A stretch of 64,000 bases of DNA. Origin: an uncultured Coriobacteriaceae bacterium. Lineage in GTDB: Bacteria; Actinomycetota; Coriobacteriia; Coriobacteriales; Atopobiaceae. A program made the translations under genes and the position numbers. A model generated the notes under the pieces. The model saw only the letters and a program-made list of their open reading frames with translations. It was not told where the DNA came from and ran no database searches. The stretch covers positions 35-64,034 of the forward strand of contig CADCPM010000085.1 in NCBI GenBank assembly GCA_902803315.1, in the 5' to 3' direction. Below are positions 53,104 to 61,890 of this stretch, in pieces. The first letter of the stretch is position 1. Every line of letters begins with the position of its first letter.

Positions 53104-54336
53104 TTAGATAGAGTTCATCTCGGACAGGACGCTGGAGTACCATTCCTGATAGGTGGGCGGGCAGTAACGCATGGCGCCTTCCAGGGTAAGCGTGCCATCG
53201 TAGCCAGAAGCAAGGCCGGCCACGTGGTCGTAGATGGCCGATTCCCAATCGGGCCAACTGGAGCTGCCCCAGCCCCAAGCGTTGTGGGGAAGGAAGCATA
53301 TCGCGCCCTTGCTGCTCTCTATGCACGAGATGGCAGGCGAGAATCGTGGGTCCACGCCGTATTGCGCCGCGGCCTTGGCAAAGGTGGAGCCATAGCCAGC
53401 GAGCGGGGATCCGGCCAGATAGGCATCGATGCGTGCCGCCCAGCTGCTCGTCTCTTCGCTGGTGGTGTTGCTGGTCATGGGCTCGGTGCTTACGCTTGTG
53501 GTTTCGGTGGGCACCTCGATGGGGGCAGTGTTGCCGGAAGAGGTGGTAAACGTGGCCTCGGAGGACTCCTGCGGTTCCTCGTGCTGCTCTTCCTGCTGCT
53601 GCTCCTGTTCCTGCTGCTCCTTTTGCTTTGCCTCTTCGGCAGCCTTGTTGGCCTTCTCGCGCTCTGCTGCCTCCCTGGCCTCTTTTTCCTTGGCCTCCTT
53701 TGCGGCCTGAGCGGCTGCGATTGCCTCTTCGCGGGCCTTGGCCTCCGCCTGTGCGATGGCCTCCGCACGCTGCTGGAGCGCACGTTTGGCGGCGCGTGCC
53801 TCCTCGAGGGCCGAGAGCGCCTCGCTTTGTTTCTGCTCGGCCACCTCGTATTCCTTCGACAGCTCCGCCTGGGTCTGCTTCAGCTCGTTGTCCATGCTGG
53901 CTAGCTGTGCGACTTCGTCGTTGTTGCGCTGCTGGATGGTGTCAATGTATTGGAGGGTCGTTATGAAGTCGTTAAAGCTATTGGACGATAGAATGAGGTC
54001 GATGAGGCCTGCCGAGGACTGCTGGAGAAGGTAGAGGTTCTTGATCGAAATGGCCGTACGCGCGCGCTGTTCGGGAAGCTTTTCCTCGATTTCGGCCGTT
54101 CGCGCCTCGTTTTCGGCAATCTGACCCTCTAGCTCGCTTACGGCAGCGGCAGCGGACTGATAAGTGGCGGTTGCTTCCTCTATCTTGCCCGTCATCTCTT
54201 CGGCCTGCTTGCGTAAATTGGTGACTTCGGATGATTCCTGGGCGCTGGCTGTAGCAGGGCCCATAAGCCCTGTGAGTCCCAGTGCGACTGAGCAGGCAAT
54301 GGCTACGTTTCTCTTTGCGAAACCTGCGGATGACAT
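53104..54336 (-). CDS. Tandem paralogue: secreted coiled-coil protein with the same C-terminal lysozyme-like domain plus an E/Q/K-rich linker.
   Basis: Signal peptide 'VAIACSVALGLTGLMGPATASA', a coiled coil, the linker 'KEAKEKEAREAAEREKANKAAEEAKQKEQQEQEQQQEEQHEEPQESSE', and the C-terminus 'AAAQYGVDPRFSPAISCIESSKGAICFLPHNAWGWG'. Confidence 0.55.
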   Translation of the reverse strand: MSSAGFAKRNVAIACSVALGLTGLMGPATASAQESSEVTNLRKQAEEMTGKIEEATATYQSAAAAVSELEGQIAENEARTAEIEEKLPEQRARTAISIKNLYLLQQSSAGLIDLILSSNSFNDFITTLQYIDTIQQRNNDEVAQLASMDNELKQTQAELSKEYEVAEQKQSEALSALEEARAAKRALQQRAEAIAQAEAKAREEAIAAAQAAKEAKEKEAREAAEREKANKAAEEAKQKEQQEQEQQQEEQHEEPQESSEATFTTSSGNTAPIEVPTETTSVSTEPMTSNTTSEETSSWAARIDAYLAGSPLAGYGSTFAKAAAQYGVDPRFSPAISCIESSKGAICFLPHNAWGWGSSSWPDWESAIYDHVAGLASGYDGTLTLEGAMRYCPPTYQEWYSSVLSEMNSI

Positions 54337-54615
54337 CCTCTACCTCCTTTGCTGGTAAAAGAAATATCATCTAATGGTAGGGCAAAAGCGAGCGACTCAT
54401 GGGATATCCACGACTTCGCGCGTTCAGGCGCCCAAAATCACGCTAATCGGCTTTGGCAAAGCGAAGAGGCGCAAATCGACACTTGCGGACTGAACTCTTA
54501 TGCCAGCCGATTAGTCGAACGAGGCCGCCAAGCATCAACTTGGGTCCAAAAATCCGCGAAACCACCTCAAAAAGAGCAGCTCGTGGTCCTATGTTGGAGA
54601 CGGCGCGATTGCGTC

Positions 54616-55077
54616 CTACTTCACTACCAGCGTGTCGCAGCCGGGAATGCGCGAGAGGAACGTGGATGTGGATCCCATGAGGGCATAGCGGAAGTTGGAG
54701 AGCCCCAACGCGCCGCAGATGATGAGGTCGGGCTTGATGACGTCTATCATCTCCTCGCGAATCGTCTCGCGTACGCGACCGATCTTTACCACGAGCTCCA
54801 CTTTACGGATTTGCGGCTCTTGCTCGGCCTCGGCAATCTGCGGTGCGATTCCCTCGCGGAAGCTCTTCTCGAGCGTGTCGAGCAACTCCAATGGATATGA
54901 TCCGACTGTGTCGAGAGACGTGGAGTCCACCACGTGGCCAATGTAGAGCTCGGCGTTGTTGTTTGCGGCAATGATGATGGCACGCTGAATCACAAGCTCC
55001 TGTTGTGGGGTGCCGTCAACGGCGACGAATATGCGGTCGTAGCCCAAGGACTGATAATTTGGCGCGGGAACGTTCAT
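54616..55077 (-). CDS. Universal stress protein (UspA family).
   Basis: 'YDRIFVAVDGTPQQELVIQRAIIIAANNNAELYIGHVVD', 'DLIICGALGLSNFRYALMGSTSTFLSRIPGCDTLVV'. The ATG at 55077 follows AAGGAGG. The longer ORF to 55257 is unsupported. Confidence 0.8.
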   Translation of the reverse strand: MNVPAPNYQSLGYDRIFVAVDGTPQQELVIQRAIIIAANNNAELYIGHVVDSTSLDTVGSYPLELLDTLEKSFREGIAPQIAEAEQEPQIRKVELVVKIGRVRETIREEMIDVIKPDLIICGALGLSNFRYALMGSTSTFLSRIPGCDTLVVK

Positions 55078-55153
55078 GCGTACCTCCTTTGTTGCTCTGC
55101 GGTAGTATTGTAACCCCGTATGCACGGGAGGCGGGGGCAATACGCCCAATGGC

Positions 55154-56068
55154 ATGGGTAAGAGGTTGGGAGTCGCGGTGGATTTTGTCGAACTGCTCAA
55201 GGCTGCGTTGTTTGGACTGGTTGAGGGTATTACGGAGTGGTTGCCCATTTCCAGCACCGGTCACATGCTACTGCTCAATGAGTTTGTGACCCTAAACGTG
55301 AGCAAAGACTTTTGGGATATGTTTTTGGTCGTGATCCAGCTGGGCGCAATTCTTGCCGTGTGCGTACTGTTTTTTCGCCAGCTCAATCCGTTTTCGCGCA
55401 AGAAGACGCCCGAGGAACGTCGTGGAACGTGGCGACTGTGGGCTCAGGTGGTGCTTGCCTGCGCTCCTGCCGCGATCATCGGCATACCTCTGGATGATTG
55501 GATGGAAGAGCACCTTGGCAGTCCGTTTGTTATTGCGGGCGCGCTCATTGTCTACGGCATCGCGTTTATTGTTATAGAGAACATGCGGTCGTCTGCGCCC
55601 ACGGGCGCGCACTTCGCGCGTAAAGGGAGCGTGGGGTCGCTTGGTCCCGACGAGAGCGCTCGAATACAACGGGTGCAGGACCTCGATTGGAAGACCGCCA
55701 TGGGCATCGGCGTCTTCCAGATTCTGTCCATCGTGCCAGGTACGTCTCGGTCGGGATCGACGATTATCGGTGGCCTGCTGCTGGGATGCTCTCGAGTAGT
55801 TGCTGCGGAGTTTACGTTTTATTTGGCTATACCCGTTATGGTGGGTGCGAGCGGCCTCCGTTTGGCGAAGTACTTTATTAAGGGGAACACCTTCACGACT
55901 GACCAGACGGCCGTGCTTGCCGTGGGCTGCATCGTGGCGTTTGTGGTGTCGTTGCTCGCGATTAGGTTCCTCATGAACTTTGTGAAGCGGCATGACTTCA
56001 AGCCGTTCGGATGGTATCGCATCGTATTGGGCATTGCCGTTATTGCCTACTTCCTGCTTGCGCGCTAA
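55154..56068 (+). CDS. uppP: Undecaprenyl-diphosphate phosphatase.
   Basis: '[20 protein letters not shown]', '[23 protein letters not shown]'. An alternative GTG start lies at 55178. Confidence 0.9.
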   Translation: MGKRLGVAVDFVELLKAALFGLVEGITEWLPISSTGHMLLLNEFVTLNVSKDFWDMFLVVIQLGAILAVCVLFFRQLNPFSRKKTPEERRGTWRLWAQVVLACAPAAIIGIPLDDWMEEHLGSPFVIAGALIVYGIAFIVIENMRSSAPTGAHFARKGSVGSLGPDESARIQRVQDLDWKTAMGIGVFQILSIVPGTSRSGSTIIGGLLLGCSRVVAAEFTFYLAIPVMVGASGLRLAKYFIKGNTFTTDQTAVLAVGCIVAFVVSLLAIRFLMNFVKRHDFKPFGWYRIVLGIAVIAYFLLAR

Positions 56069-56121
56069 GTGATTGCTACGCTTGCATTTTGTGGGGCTCG
56101 GCTCGTTGGAGAGGGGAGACC

Positions 56122-57267
56122 GTGTCGTATTTCCTGTTTGCGTCGGATTCGTTTAAGGGCACGATCTCGTCTGCTCGCGCGGCGGAGCTGCTGGGCGATG
56201 CGGCTCGGGAGTTCTTTCCCGAGGCCAAGACGGTAGGACTTGAGGTGGCAGACGGCGGCGAGGGAACCGTGGACGCGATGGTTGCCTCCGCTGGCGGCTC
56301 CCTGTGCAGCGTGCGTGTGCACGACCCCCTTGGAAGGCAAATCAATGCGCGCTACGGCCTCCTTGGCGATGGGCGCGCCGTCATAGAGATGGCAGCGGCC
56401 TCCGGGTTGCCCTTGCTCGCTGCGGGCGAAAGGGATCCACGCGTTACGAGTACGTTTGGTACGGGCGAGCTCATACAAGATGCGCTCGACCGAGGCGTAC
56501 GTGACGTCTCGCTTGCCATTGGCGGCTCGGCTACCAACGACGGTGGAATGGGCTGCATGAGGGCGCTGGGCGCGCGCTTTTTGGATTGCGACGGAGACGA
56601 GTTGCGTGGCGTAGGGGAGGACCTCTTGCGTGTGGCTCGCATCGACCTTTCGTCCATGGACGCGCGGATCGCCCAGACGAGCTTTCACGTTATGTGCGAT
56701 GTGGACAATCCGCTTTTGGGCGAGCGGGGGTCGGCGTTTGTCTTTGCACCGCAGAAAGGCGCGAGCCCTGAGGTCGTTGAGGAGTTGGAGCGCGGAATGC
56801 AGTCCTACGCTCGAGTGCTCGAGCGCACGTTCGCTGGGTTTGACGCAATGGCGAGTGGCATGGGTGCGGCGGGCGGCTTGGGTGCCGCTGCATACGCCTT
56901 TTTGGGCGCCCGGCTACTGCCGGGCATCGAACAGGTACTTGATCTGCTGAACTTCGACGATCTGCTGAAGGGCTGCGACCTGTGCGTTACAGGCGAGGGG
57001 CATGCCGATGCGCAGTCTGCGCACGGCAAGGTGATCAGCGGCGTTGCGGCGCGCTGCCGTGCGGCAGGTGTTCCTTGCGTGGCTTTGGTGGGCGGCATGA
57101 ACGCCGATGCGTGCGAGCTCGAGGCGTGTGGGGTGGACGTGCTGATGCCTACCGTATTGGATGCCGGGCCACTAGAGCGGGTCCTCGAGCATGCGGAGCG
57201 CAACTATTCGCTTGCGGCGCGCCGACTTTTTGGGCTTATGCGGATTGGCACGAAGGTCGTCGAGTGA
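56122..57267 (+). CDS. Glycerate kinase.
   Basis: 'FLFASDSFKGTISSARAAELL', 'VADGGEGTVDAM', 'IGGSATNDGGMGCMRALG', 'VTGEGHADAQSAHGKV'. GTG 56122 follows GAGGGGAG. Confidence 0.85.
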   Translation: MSYFLFASDSFKGTISSARAAELLGDAAREFFPEAKTVGLEVADGGEGTVDAMVASAGGSLCSVRVHDPLGRQINARYGLLGDGRAVIEMAAASGLPLLAAGERDPRVTSTFGTGELIQDALDRGVRDVSLAIGGSATNDGGMGCMRALGARFLDCDGDELRGVGEDLLRVARIDLSSMDARIAQTSFHVMCDVDNPLLGERGSAFVFAPQKGASPEVVEELERGMQSYARVLERTFAGFDAMASGMGAAGGLGAAAYAFLGARLLPGIEQVLDLLNFDDLLKGCDLCVTGEGHADAQSAHGKVISGVAARCRAAGVPCVALVGGMNADACELEACGVDVLMPTVLDAGPLERVLEHAERNYSLAARRLFGLMRIGTKVVE

Positions 57268-57369
57268 GTTGGCGTTTTGCTATTCGTGCTCTTGGCTAAC
57301 AATACTGTCTTGCCAACGCGCTACAATCTATTCCCCAGCAAAACCGTTTCATACAGGGAGGACGCCCCT

Positions 57370-59760
57370 ATGACCATAGACCTGTCTGGCCTCAACCCCG
57401 CCCAACGTGAAGCCGTGCTCTGCACCGAAGGCCCCTTGCTTGTGCTTGCAGGCGCAGGGTCAGGCAAGACGCGCGTGCTTACGCAACGCATTGCGCATCT
57501 GGTGGGAGACTGTGGGGTCATGCCTTGGCAGGTGCTGGCCATAACCTTCACAAACAAGGCCGCCGCCGAGATGCGTGAGCGCATAGCGCAGGTGGTGCCA
57601 AGCACGCGTGGTATGTGGGTGTGCACCTTCCATGCCATGTGCGTGCGCATGCTGCGCGACGATGCGGATCGCCTGGGCTTTAAACCCAACTTCTCAATCT
57701 ACGACGACGACGATTCCAAGCGCCTGGTTCGCCAGATCATGGTGGACTTGGACATCAACCAAAAGAGCTGCCCGTTGCCGGCCATTCGCTCACGCATATC
57801 AACGGCGAAGAACGCCATGGTGGGGCCGGAGGAGATGCGTGAGCAGGCCACGGCTCCGGTCGAGCGGGCCGCTGCCCGCGTGTACGACGAGCTGCAGCGC
57901 AGGCTCGAACGTGCAAACGCCATGGACTTTGACGATCTGCTCGTAAAGGCATACGAGCTCTTGGACAAGAACCCCGACGTGCTGGACGCATATCAGGAAC
58001 GCTTTCGGCACATCAGCGTGGACGAGTATCAGGATACCAACCACGTTCAGTACGCCATCACCAACCTGTTGGCGTCCAAGTATAAGAACCTTATGGTAGT
58101 GGGCGACGACGACCAGTCCATCTATAGCTGGCGTGGCGCCGACATCCACAACATCCTCGCCTTCGAGAAGGACTATCCGCAGGCAACGGTGGTTAAGCTG
58201 GAGCAAAACTATCGTTCCACCGGCCATATACTCGCAGCGGCAAATGCCGTGGTGGCACACAATTCCAGGCGTACGTCAAAGCACCTCTTTACGAGTGCGG
58301 GCGATGGCGAGAAGGTCCGCGTGTTCCAGGCGTCGGACGAGCGCGACGAGGGCCGCTGGATCGGGGCTCAAATCGAGAGGCTCCACGACGGGGGAACGAG
58401 CTACGACGATATGGCGGTGTTCTACCGAACCAACGCCCAATCGCGCATTCTGGAAGACATGTTCCTGCGGGCGGGCGTGCCGTACAAGCTCGTAGGCGGG
58501 ACGCGCTTCTTCGACCGTGCGGAGATTCGCGACGTGATGGCGTACCTCAAGCTGGTGGTCAATCCAGACGACGACGTAAGCGCCCATCGCATAGTAAACA
58601 CGCCGCGCCGTGGTATTGGCGCCACAAGCATCGCCAAGATCGATTCGTTTGCCGCAACCAACGGAATCTCGTTCTTCTCGGCGGCGCAGGCGTGCGTGGC
58701 CGAGACGGGACTGCTCAGTGGTAAGGCGCGCAGTGCCCTTGCCGACTGGACGGGCGTCATTGAACATGCACGGCATTTTTCGGGCGACCTCACGGATGTG
58801 GTGCAGGCGATCGTGGATCGCACGGGTCTCATACAGGCGCTCGAGGCCCAAAACAGCGTGGAGGCACAGAGCCGTATCGAGAACATCCGCGAGTTCTTTG
58901 GCGTGGCCGCTGAATTCGACGAGACCCATGAGGATGTTGCCGCTACGTTGGAGAGCTTGCGCCAGCTTCGCGAGGCGGGCGAGGTCGAGTTCGAGGGAGA
59001 TGGGTTCCAGCCGCCCGAAGCGGAACGTGGGGTCGACGCCTATGGCATCCCGCCCGTGGCGGCAGAGAAGCTTCCTGCGTTTATGGAGTGGCTGGCCTTG
59101 CGGAGCGATCTGGATACCTTGGCGGGACAAACCCATGCCGTCACCATGATGACCATCCATTCGGCCAAGGGGTTGGAGTTTCCCGTGGTGTTCGTTGCCG
59201 GCATGGAGGAGGGCATATTTCCCCATATGAGCGGACGCGGCGAGCCGGGTCACATGGAGGAGGAACGTCGCCTGGCCTACGTTGCCATAACGCGTGCCGA
59301 GAAGTCTCTGTACCTCACGCATGCGGCAAACCGGCGCATGTATGGCTCCATGCAGGCGTATCCGCCAAGTCGCTTCTTGCGCGAGATTCCCGAGGAGCAT
59401 GTGCATACCACAGGCGTCGGCTCTGCCGGCTTTAGTGGCGTGGGTTGGGAGAAGCGCGGCGACCGGCGCGGCACCTTCGGGTCGGGCCGTGGATCGGACG
59501 TGTATGGCGGTCAGGTATTTGGGCAGCGGACTCGCTCGGCCGGAGGCGGGAAAAGGGACTCTGGCCAGAGTGCTGTTGCCGCAGCGCGCCCCAAGGCGCC
59601 AGCGACCTTTGCCGTGGGCGATCACGTGTCGCACAAGACCTTTGGTCCAGGCCTGGTGGTTTCGGTGGATGGCGACATGCTGGAGGTTCAGTTCAGTCGT
59701 ACGGGAGCAAGGAAGAAGCTCATGCGTGGTTTCGCGCCTCTTGTTAAGATAGAGGGATAG
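57370..59760 (+). CDS. pcrA: ATP-dependent DNA helicase PcrA/UvrD family (SF1).
   Basis: 'LNPAQREAVLCTEGPLLVLAGAGSGKTRVLTQRIAHL' (Walker A), 'ISVDEYQDTN', 'VVGDDDQSIYSWRGA', 'TIHSAKGLEFPVVFVAGMEEGIFPH', 'EEERRLAYVAITRAEKSLYLT'. The ATG at 57370 follows GGGAGG. Confidence 0.9.
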   Translation: MTIDLSGLNPAQREAVLCTEGPLLVLAGAGSGKTRVLTQRIAHLVGDCGVMPWQVLAITFTNKAAAEMRERIAQVVPSTRGMWVCTFHAMCVRMLRDDADRLGFKPNFSIYDDDDSKRLVRQIMVDLDINQKSCPLPAIRSRISTAKNAMVGPEEMREQATAPVERAAARVYDELQRRLERANAMDFDDLLVKAYELLDKNPDVLDAYQERFRHISVDEYQDTNHVQYAITNLLASKYKNLMVVGDDDQSIYSWRGADIHNILAFEKDYPQATVVKLEQNYRSTGHILAAANAVVAHNSRRTSKHLFTSAGDGEKVRVFQASDERDEGRWIGAQIERLHDGGTSYDDMAVFYRTNAQSRILEDMFLRAGVPYKLVGGTRFFDRAEIRDVMAYLKLVVNPDDDVSAHRIVNTPRRGIGATSIAKIDSFAATNGISFFSAAQACVAETGLLSGKARSALADWTGVIEHARHFSGDLTDVVQAIVDRTGLIQALEAQNSVEAQSRIENIREFFGVAAEFDETHEDVAATLESLRQLREAGEVEFEGDGFQPPEAERGVDAYGIPPVAAEKLPAFMEWLALRSDLDTLAGQTHAVTMMTIHSAKGLEFPVVFVAGMEEGIFPHMSGRGEPGHMEEERRLAYVAITRAEKSLYLTHAANRRMYGSMQAYPPSRFLREIPEEHVHTTGVGSAGFSGVGWEKRGDRRGTFGSGRGSDVYGGQVFGQRTRSAGGGKRDSGQSAVAAARPKAPATFAVGDHVSHKTFGPGLVVSVDGDMLEVQFSRTGARKKLMRGFAPLVKIEG

Positions 59761-59794
59761 AGGGGGAGCCAGTTCCGGCGCGCGGCACAAGTAC

Positions 59795-60589
59795 GTGGAG
59801 GAATCGATGAACTCAGCCAACATGCAAGAGGCGGTCCTTGACATCTTTGGATTTAGTGTTCCCGCGGCTGTTATTAAGCTCGGGTTTTTGGTTGCCGTGA
59901 TAATAGTGGCCTTTGTGGTGGACCGCTTGCTCACCAAGGCGCTGCGAAGCGTCTTGGATCACGCAAGCGTGCCGTCTGCCTCCATTTTTGTGAACATAGC
60001 GCGCGTCGTGGTGTGGGTGTTTGCCATGCTTGCGGTGTTGCAACCAGTTTTTGGAATCGAGCCAACGGGATTTGTGGCAGCCCTGGGCGTCACCTCAATC
60101 GCGCTCTCGCTTGGCATGCAGGACACCATAGCGAACGTCTTCGGCGGGCTGACCCTTATGGTGGGCAAGGTCATCGTGCCGGGAGACATCGTTACCATTG
60201 GGACACTTACCGGCGAGGTCACAGACATTAACTGGCGCTCAACCACGCTTAAGCTCTTCAGCGGGGACATCGAGATCATCCCCAACTCGGTGCTCTCAAA
60301 GAAGGAGCTCACCAAACTCGCGCCGTTTCAGGCGGGGGAGTACAGGCTACCCATTATGATTAAGGTCGATGCTGATTTTGATCAGGTCCGCAAAGAGATA
60401 GAAGAGATTGCTCGTAGAACCCTGAACGAGTTCTACGACGAGGAGTTCGGTGCGCCGCTGTTCGTCGAGCAAATAACCAACTTTGGCGTTATGGCGCACG
60501 TGTCGCTTCACGCAAAGCCAGGCATTACTCCCAGACGAGCCTGTACGGCCGTGGCCAAGGAGATACTTGGCAAGGACTGGCTGGCGTAA
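59795..60589 (+). CDS. Small-conductance mechanosensitive channel (MscS family).
   Basis: 3 TM segments, then 'LSLGMQDTIANVFGGLTLMVGKVIVPGDIVTIGTLTGEVTDINWRSTTLKLFSGDIEIIPNSVL'. Confidence 0.8.
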   Translation: MEESMNSANMQEAVLDIFGFSVPAAVIKLGFLVAVIIVAFVVDRLLTKALRSVLDHASVPSASIFVNIARVVVWVFAMLAVLQPVFGIEPTGFVAALGVTSIALSLGMQDTIANVFGGLTLMVGKVIVPGDIVTIGTLTGEVTDINWRSTTLKLFSGDIEIIPNSVLSKKELTKLAPFQAGEYRLPIMIKVDADFDQVRKEIEEIARRTLNEFYDEEFGAPLFVEQITNFGVMAHVSLHAKPGITPRRACTAVAKEILGKDWLA

Positions 60590-60603
60590 TCGCACAAAGG
60601 AAG

Positions 60604-61800
60604 ATGGCAAAACGCCGTGTGCCTTGCGCGTTTTGCCAAGACTACAGAAGGAAACTCATGGCAAAGAAGCCCCTCTCGCCAACGGCAGGTCAGGACGTCG
60701 CGCGCTATATTCGTGAGCACCTGGGCGAAACCATGCGCTACACGACGCTCGACGAGCTGTGTGGCACCACCAGCAGCAACCAGCAATACCTTATTGTGGG
60801 GCCACTGGTAAAGGACGGAGTTTTGCGGGTTTGTCAACGCAAGCTCATAAGGGGCAACGACGACGCGCCCATATACCGCTCGTACCACATCTGCAAGCAG
60901 CTGCCTCAGAATCTCACGCACTCCGCGGCATTTATGGTAGGCGGCGCAAACATGGGCGTGCTCGATCCGGAGGTTGCCGACCTCAACCCCTTGCTTACCG
61001 AGAACGGCTTCCTGTACAAAAACCTTGACGCCGCAAAGGCCTGGCACGACGAACTGCTGCTCTTTGGCGCGTGGCTGGATACCCAAGACGGCGACTTGTC
61101 TCCCGCGATCATAGAGGAACGCTCCTTCGAGGTGTTTCACAACGAAAAGCTGCTGGGCAACAAGGACGACCGTCGCGGTGGTAGGACATTAATGGAGCTC
61201 ATAAACAACCTGGGCCTTGCCCCGAGGCTGCGTTTGCAGGAGGACGTGCGGCAGGAATTGGTGTACTACGTTCCGCGTACGATGCGCAGGGTCCTATCCA
61301 TACTGGTGGTGGAGAATCACGCCCCCTTTGTCCATGTGCAGGAAGCACTTAAGCGAGGCGTTCGCTCCATCTTCGGGCGCCGTGTGGATGGCGTGGTATA
61401 TGGCCGAGGGTTCGGCATTCTTTCGGGGAATGCGCTGTGCGCAACCGAGGAACTGTTTTCCAACGGGTGTCATGTGCGCTATTGGTACTGGGGCGACATC
61501 GATCGCCCGGGAATCGAGGTGTATGAGCGCCTTGCGGAGGAATATGACATACATCCGCTGGTACCCGCGTACCAGGCAATGATTGAGCATGCGGGAGAAG
61601 ACCTGCCCGCCTCTACCGACGAGCGACTGCCGCCTCGCATGGGCGTAGACATTGCCGCGGAGCTGGACAAGGGCGAGCTTGAGGTGTTCATGCGCGTCAT
61701 TGCGGGTTGCTTGCGGATCCCGCAGGAAGCCGTTCCGCCGTCCCTGTATGATGGCTCGGGCGGTACCAAGCGCCTGGCGCTTACCCTGCGCAAACGCTGA
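60604..61800 (+). CDS. Orphan JetD-like protein (DUF2220 Toprim-like C-terminal domain). No JetABC partners are present in the window.
   Basis: 'LSILVVENHAPFVHV' carries the Toprim acidic E, and 'VRYWYWGDIDRPGIEVYERL' carries DxD. An upstream segment, 'IEERSFEVFHNEKLLG', resembles the JetD N-terminal arm. The ATG at 60604 follows AAAGGAAG. Confidence 0.55.
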   Translation: MAKRRVPCAFCQDYRRKLMAKKPLSPTAGQDVARYIREHLGETMRYTTLDELCGTTSSNQQYLIVGPLVKDGVLRVCQRKLIRGNDDAPIYRSYHICKQLPQNLTHSAAFMVGGANMGVLDPEVADLNPLLTENGFLYKNLDAAKAWHDELLLFGAWLDTQDGDLSPAIIEERSFEVFHNEKLLGNKDDRRGGRTLMELINNLGLAPRLRLQEDVRQELVYYVPRTMRRVLSILVVENHAPFVHVQEALKRGVRSIFGRRVDGVVYGRGFGILSGNALCATEELFSNGCHVRYWYWGDIDRPGIEVYERLAEEYDIHPLVPAYQAMIEHAGEDLPASTDERLPPRMGVDIAAELDKGELEVFMRVIAGCLRIPQEAVPPSLYDGSGGTKRLALTLRKR

Positions 61801-61890
61801 GTACCGGCAAAGATGCTGCTGTCACAACCCTTCTAAAAGCGAGCGAAGCGAGCACCAGCTTAGCCTACGACGGAGTCGACCAACAGACGC

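Noticed and set aside
53560-53720. Repetitive CTGCTGCTCC/CTCCTTGGCC DNA that resembles a tandem repeat.
   Set aside because: It is the antisense of the E/Q/K-rich linker coding region of 53104..54336 (..EEAKQKEQQEQEQQQEEQHEE..). This is low-complexity coding sequence, not an independent repeat element.
54337-54615. ydaO-type cyclic-di-AMP riboswitch upstream of the hydrolase-like gene.
   Set aside because: The leader contains GGACCCA and a long-range helix. It lacks the paired GGGG(A)CCCA / GGGGUGAAUC motifs and the ACCCGAAUCCGACAGCUAACCUCGUAAGCG-like 3' block that I recall for this class.
57291-57327. Candidate pcrA promoter (TTGGCT or TTGCCA with TACAAT).
   Set aside because: The spacings between the -35-like hexamers and TACAAT are 24 nt and 6 nt respectively. 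Neither is compatible with a standard promoter.
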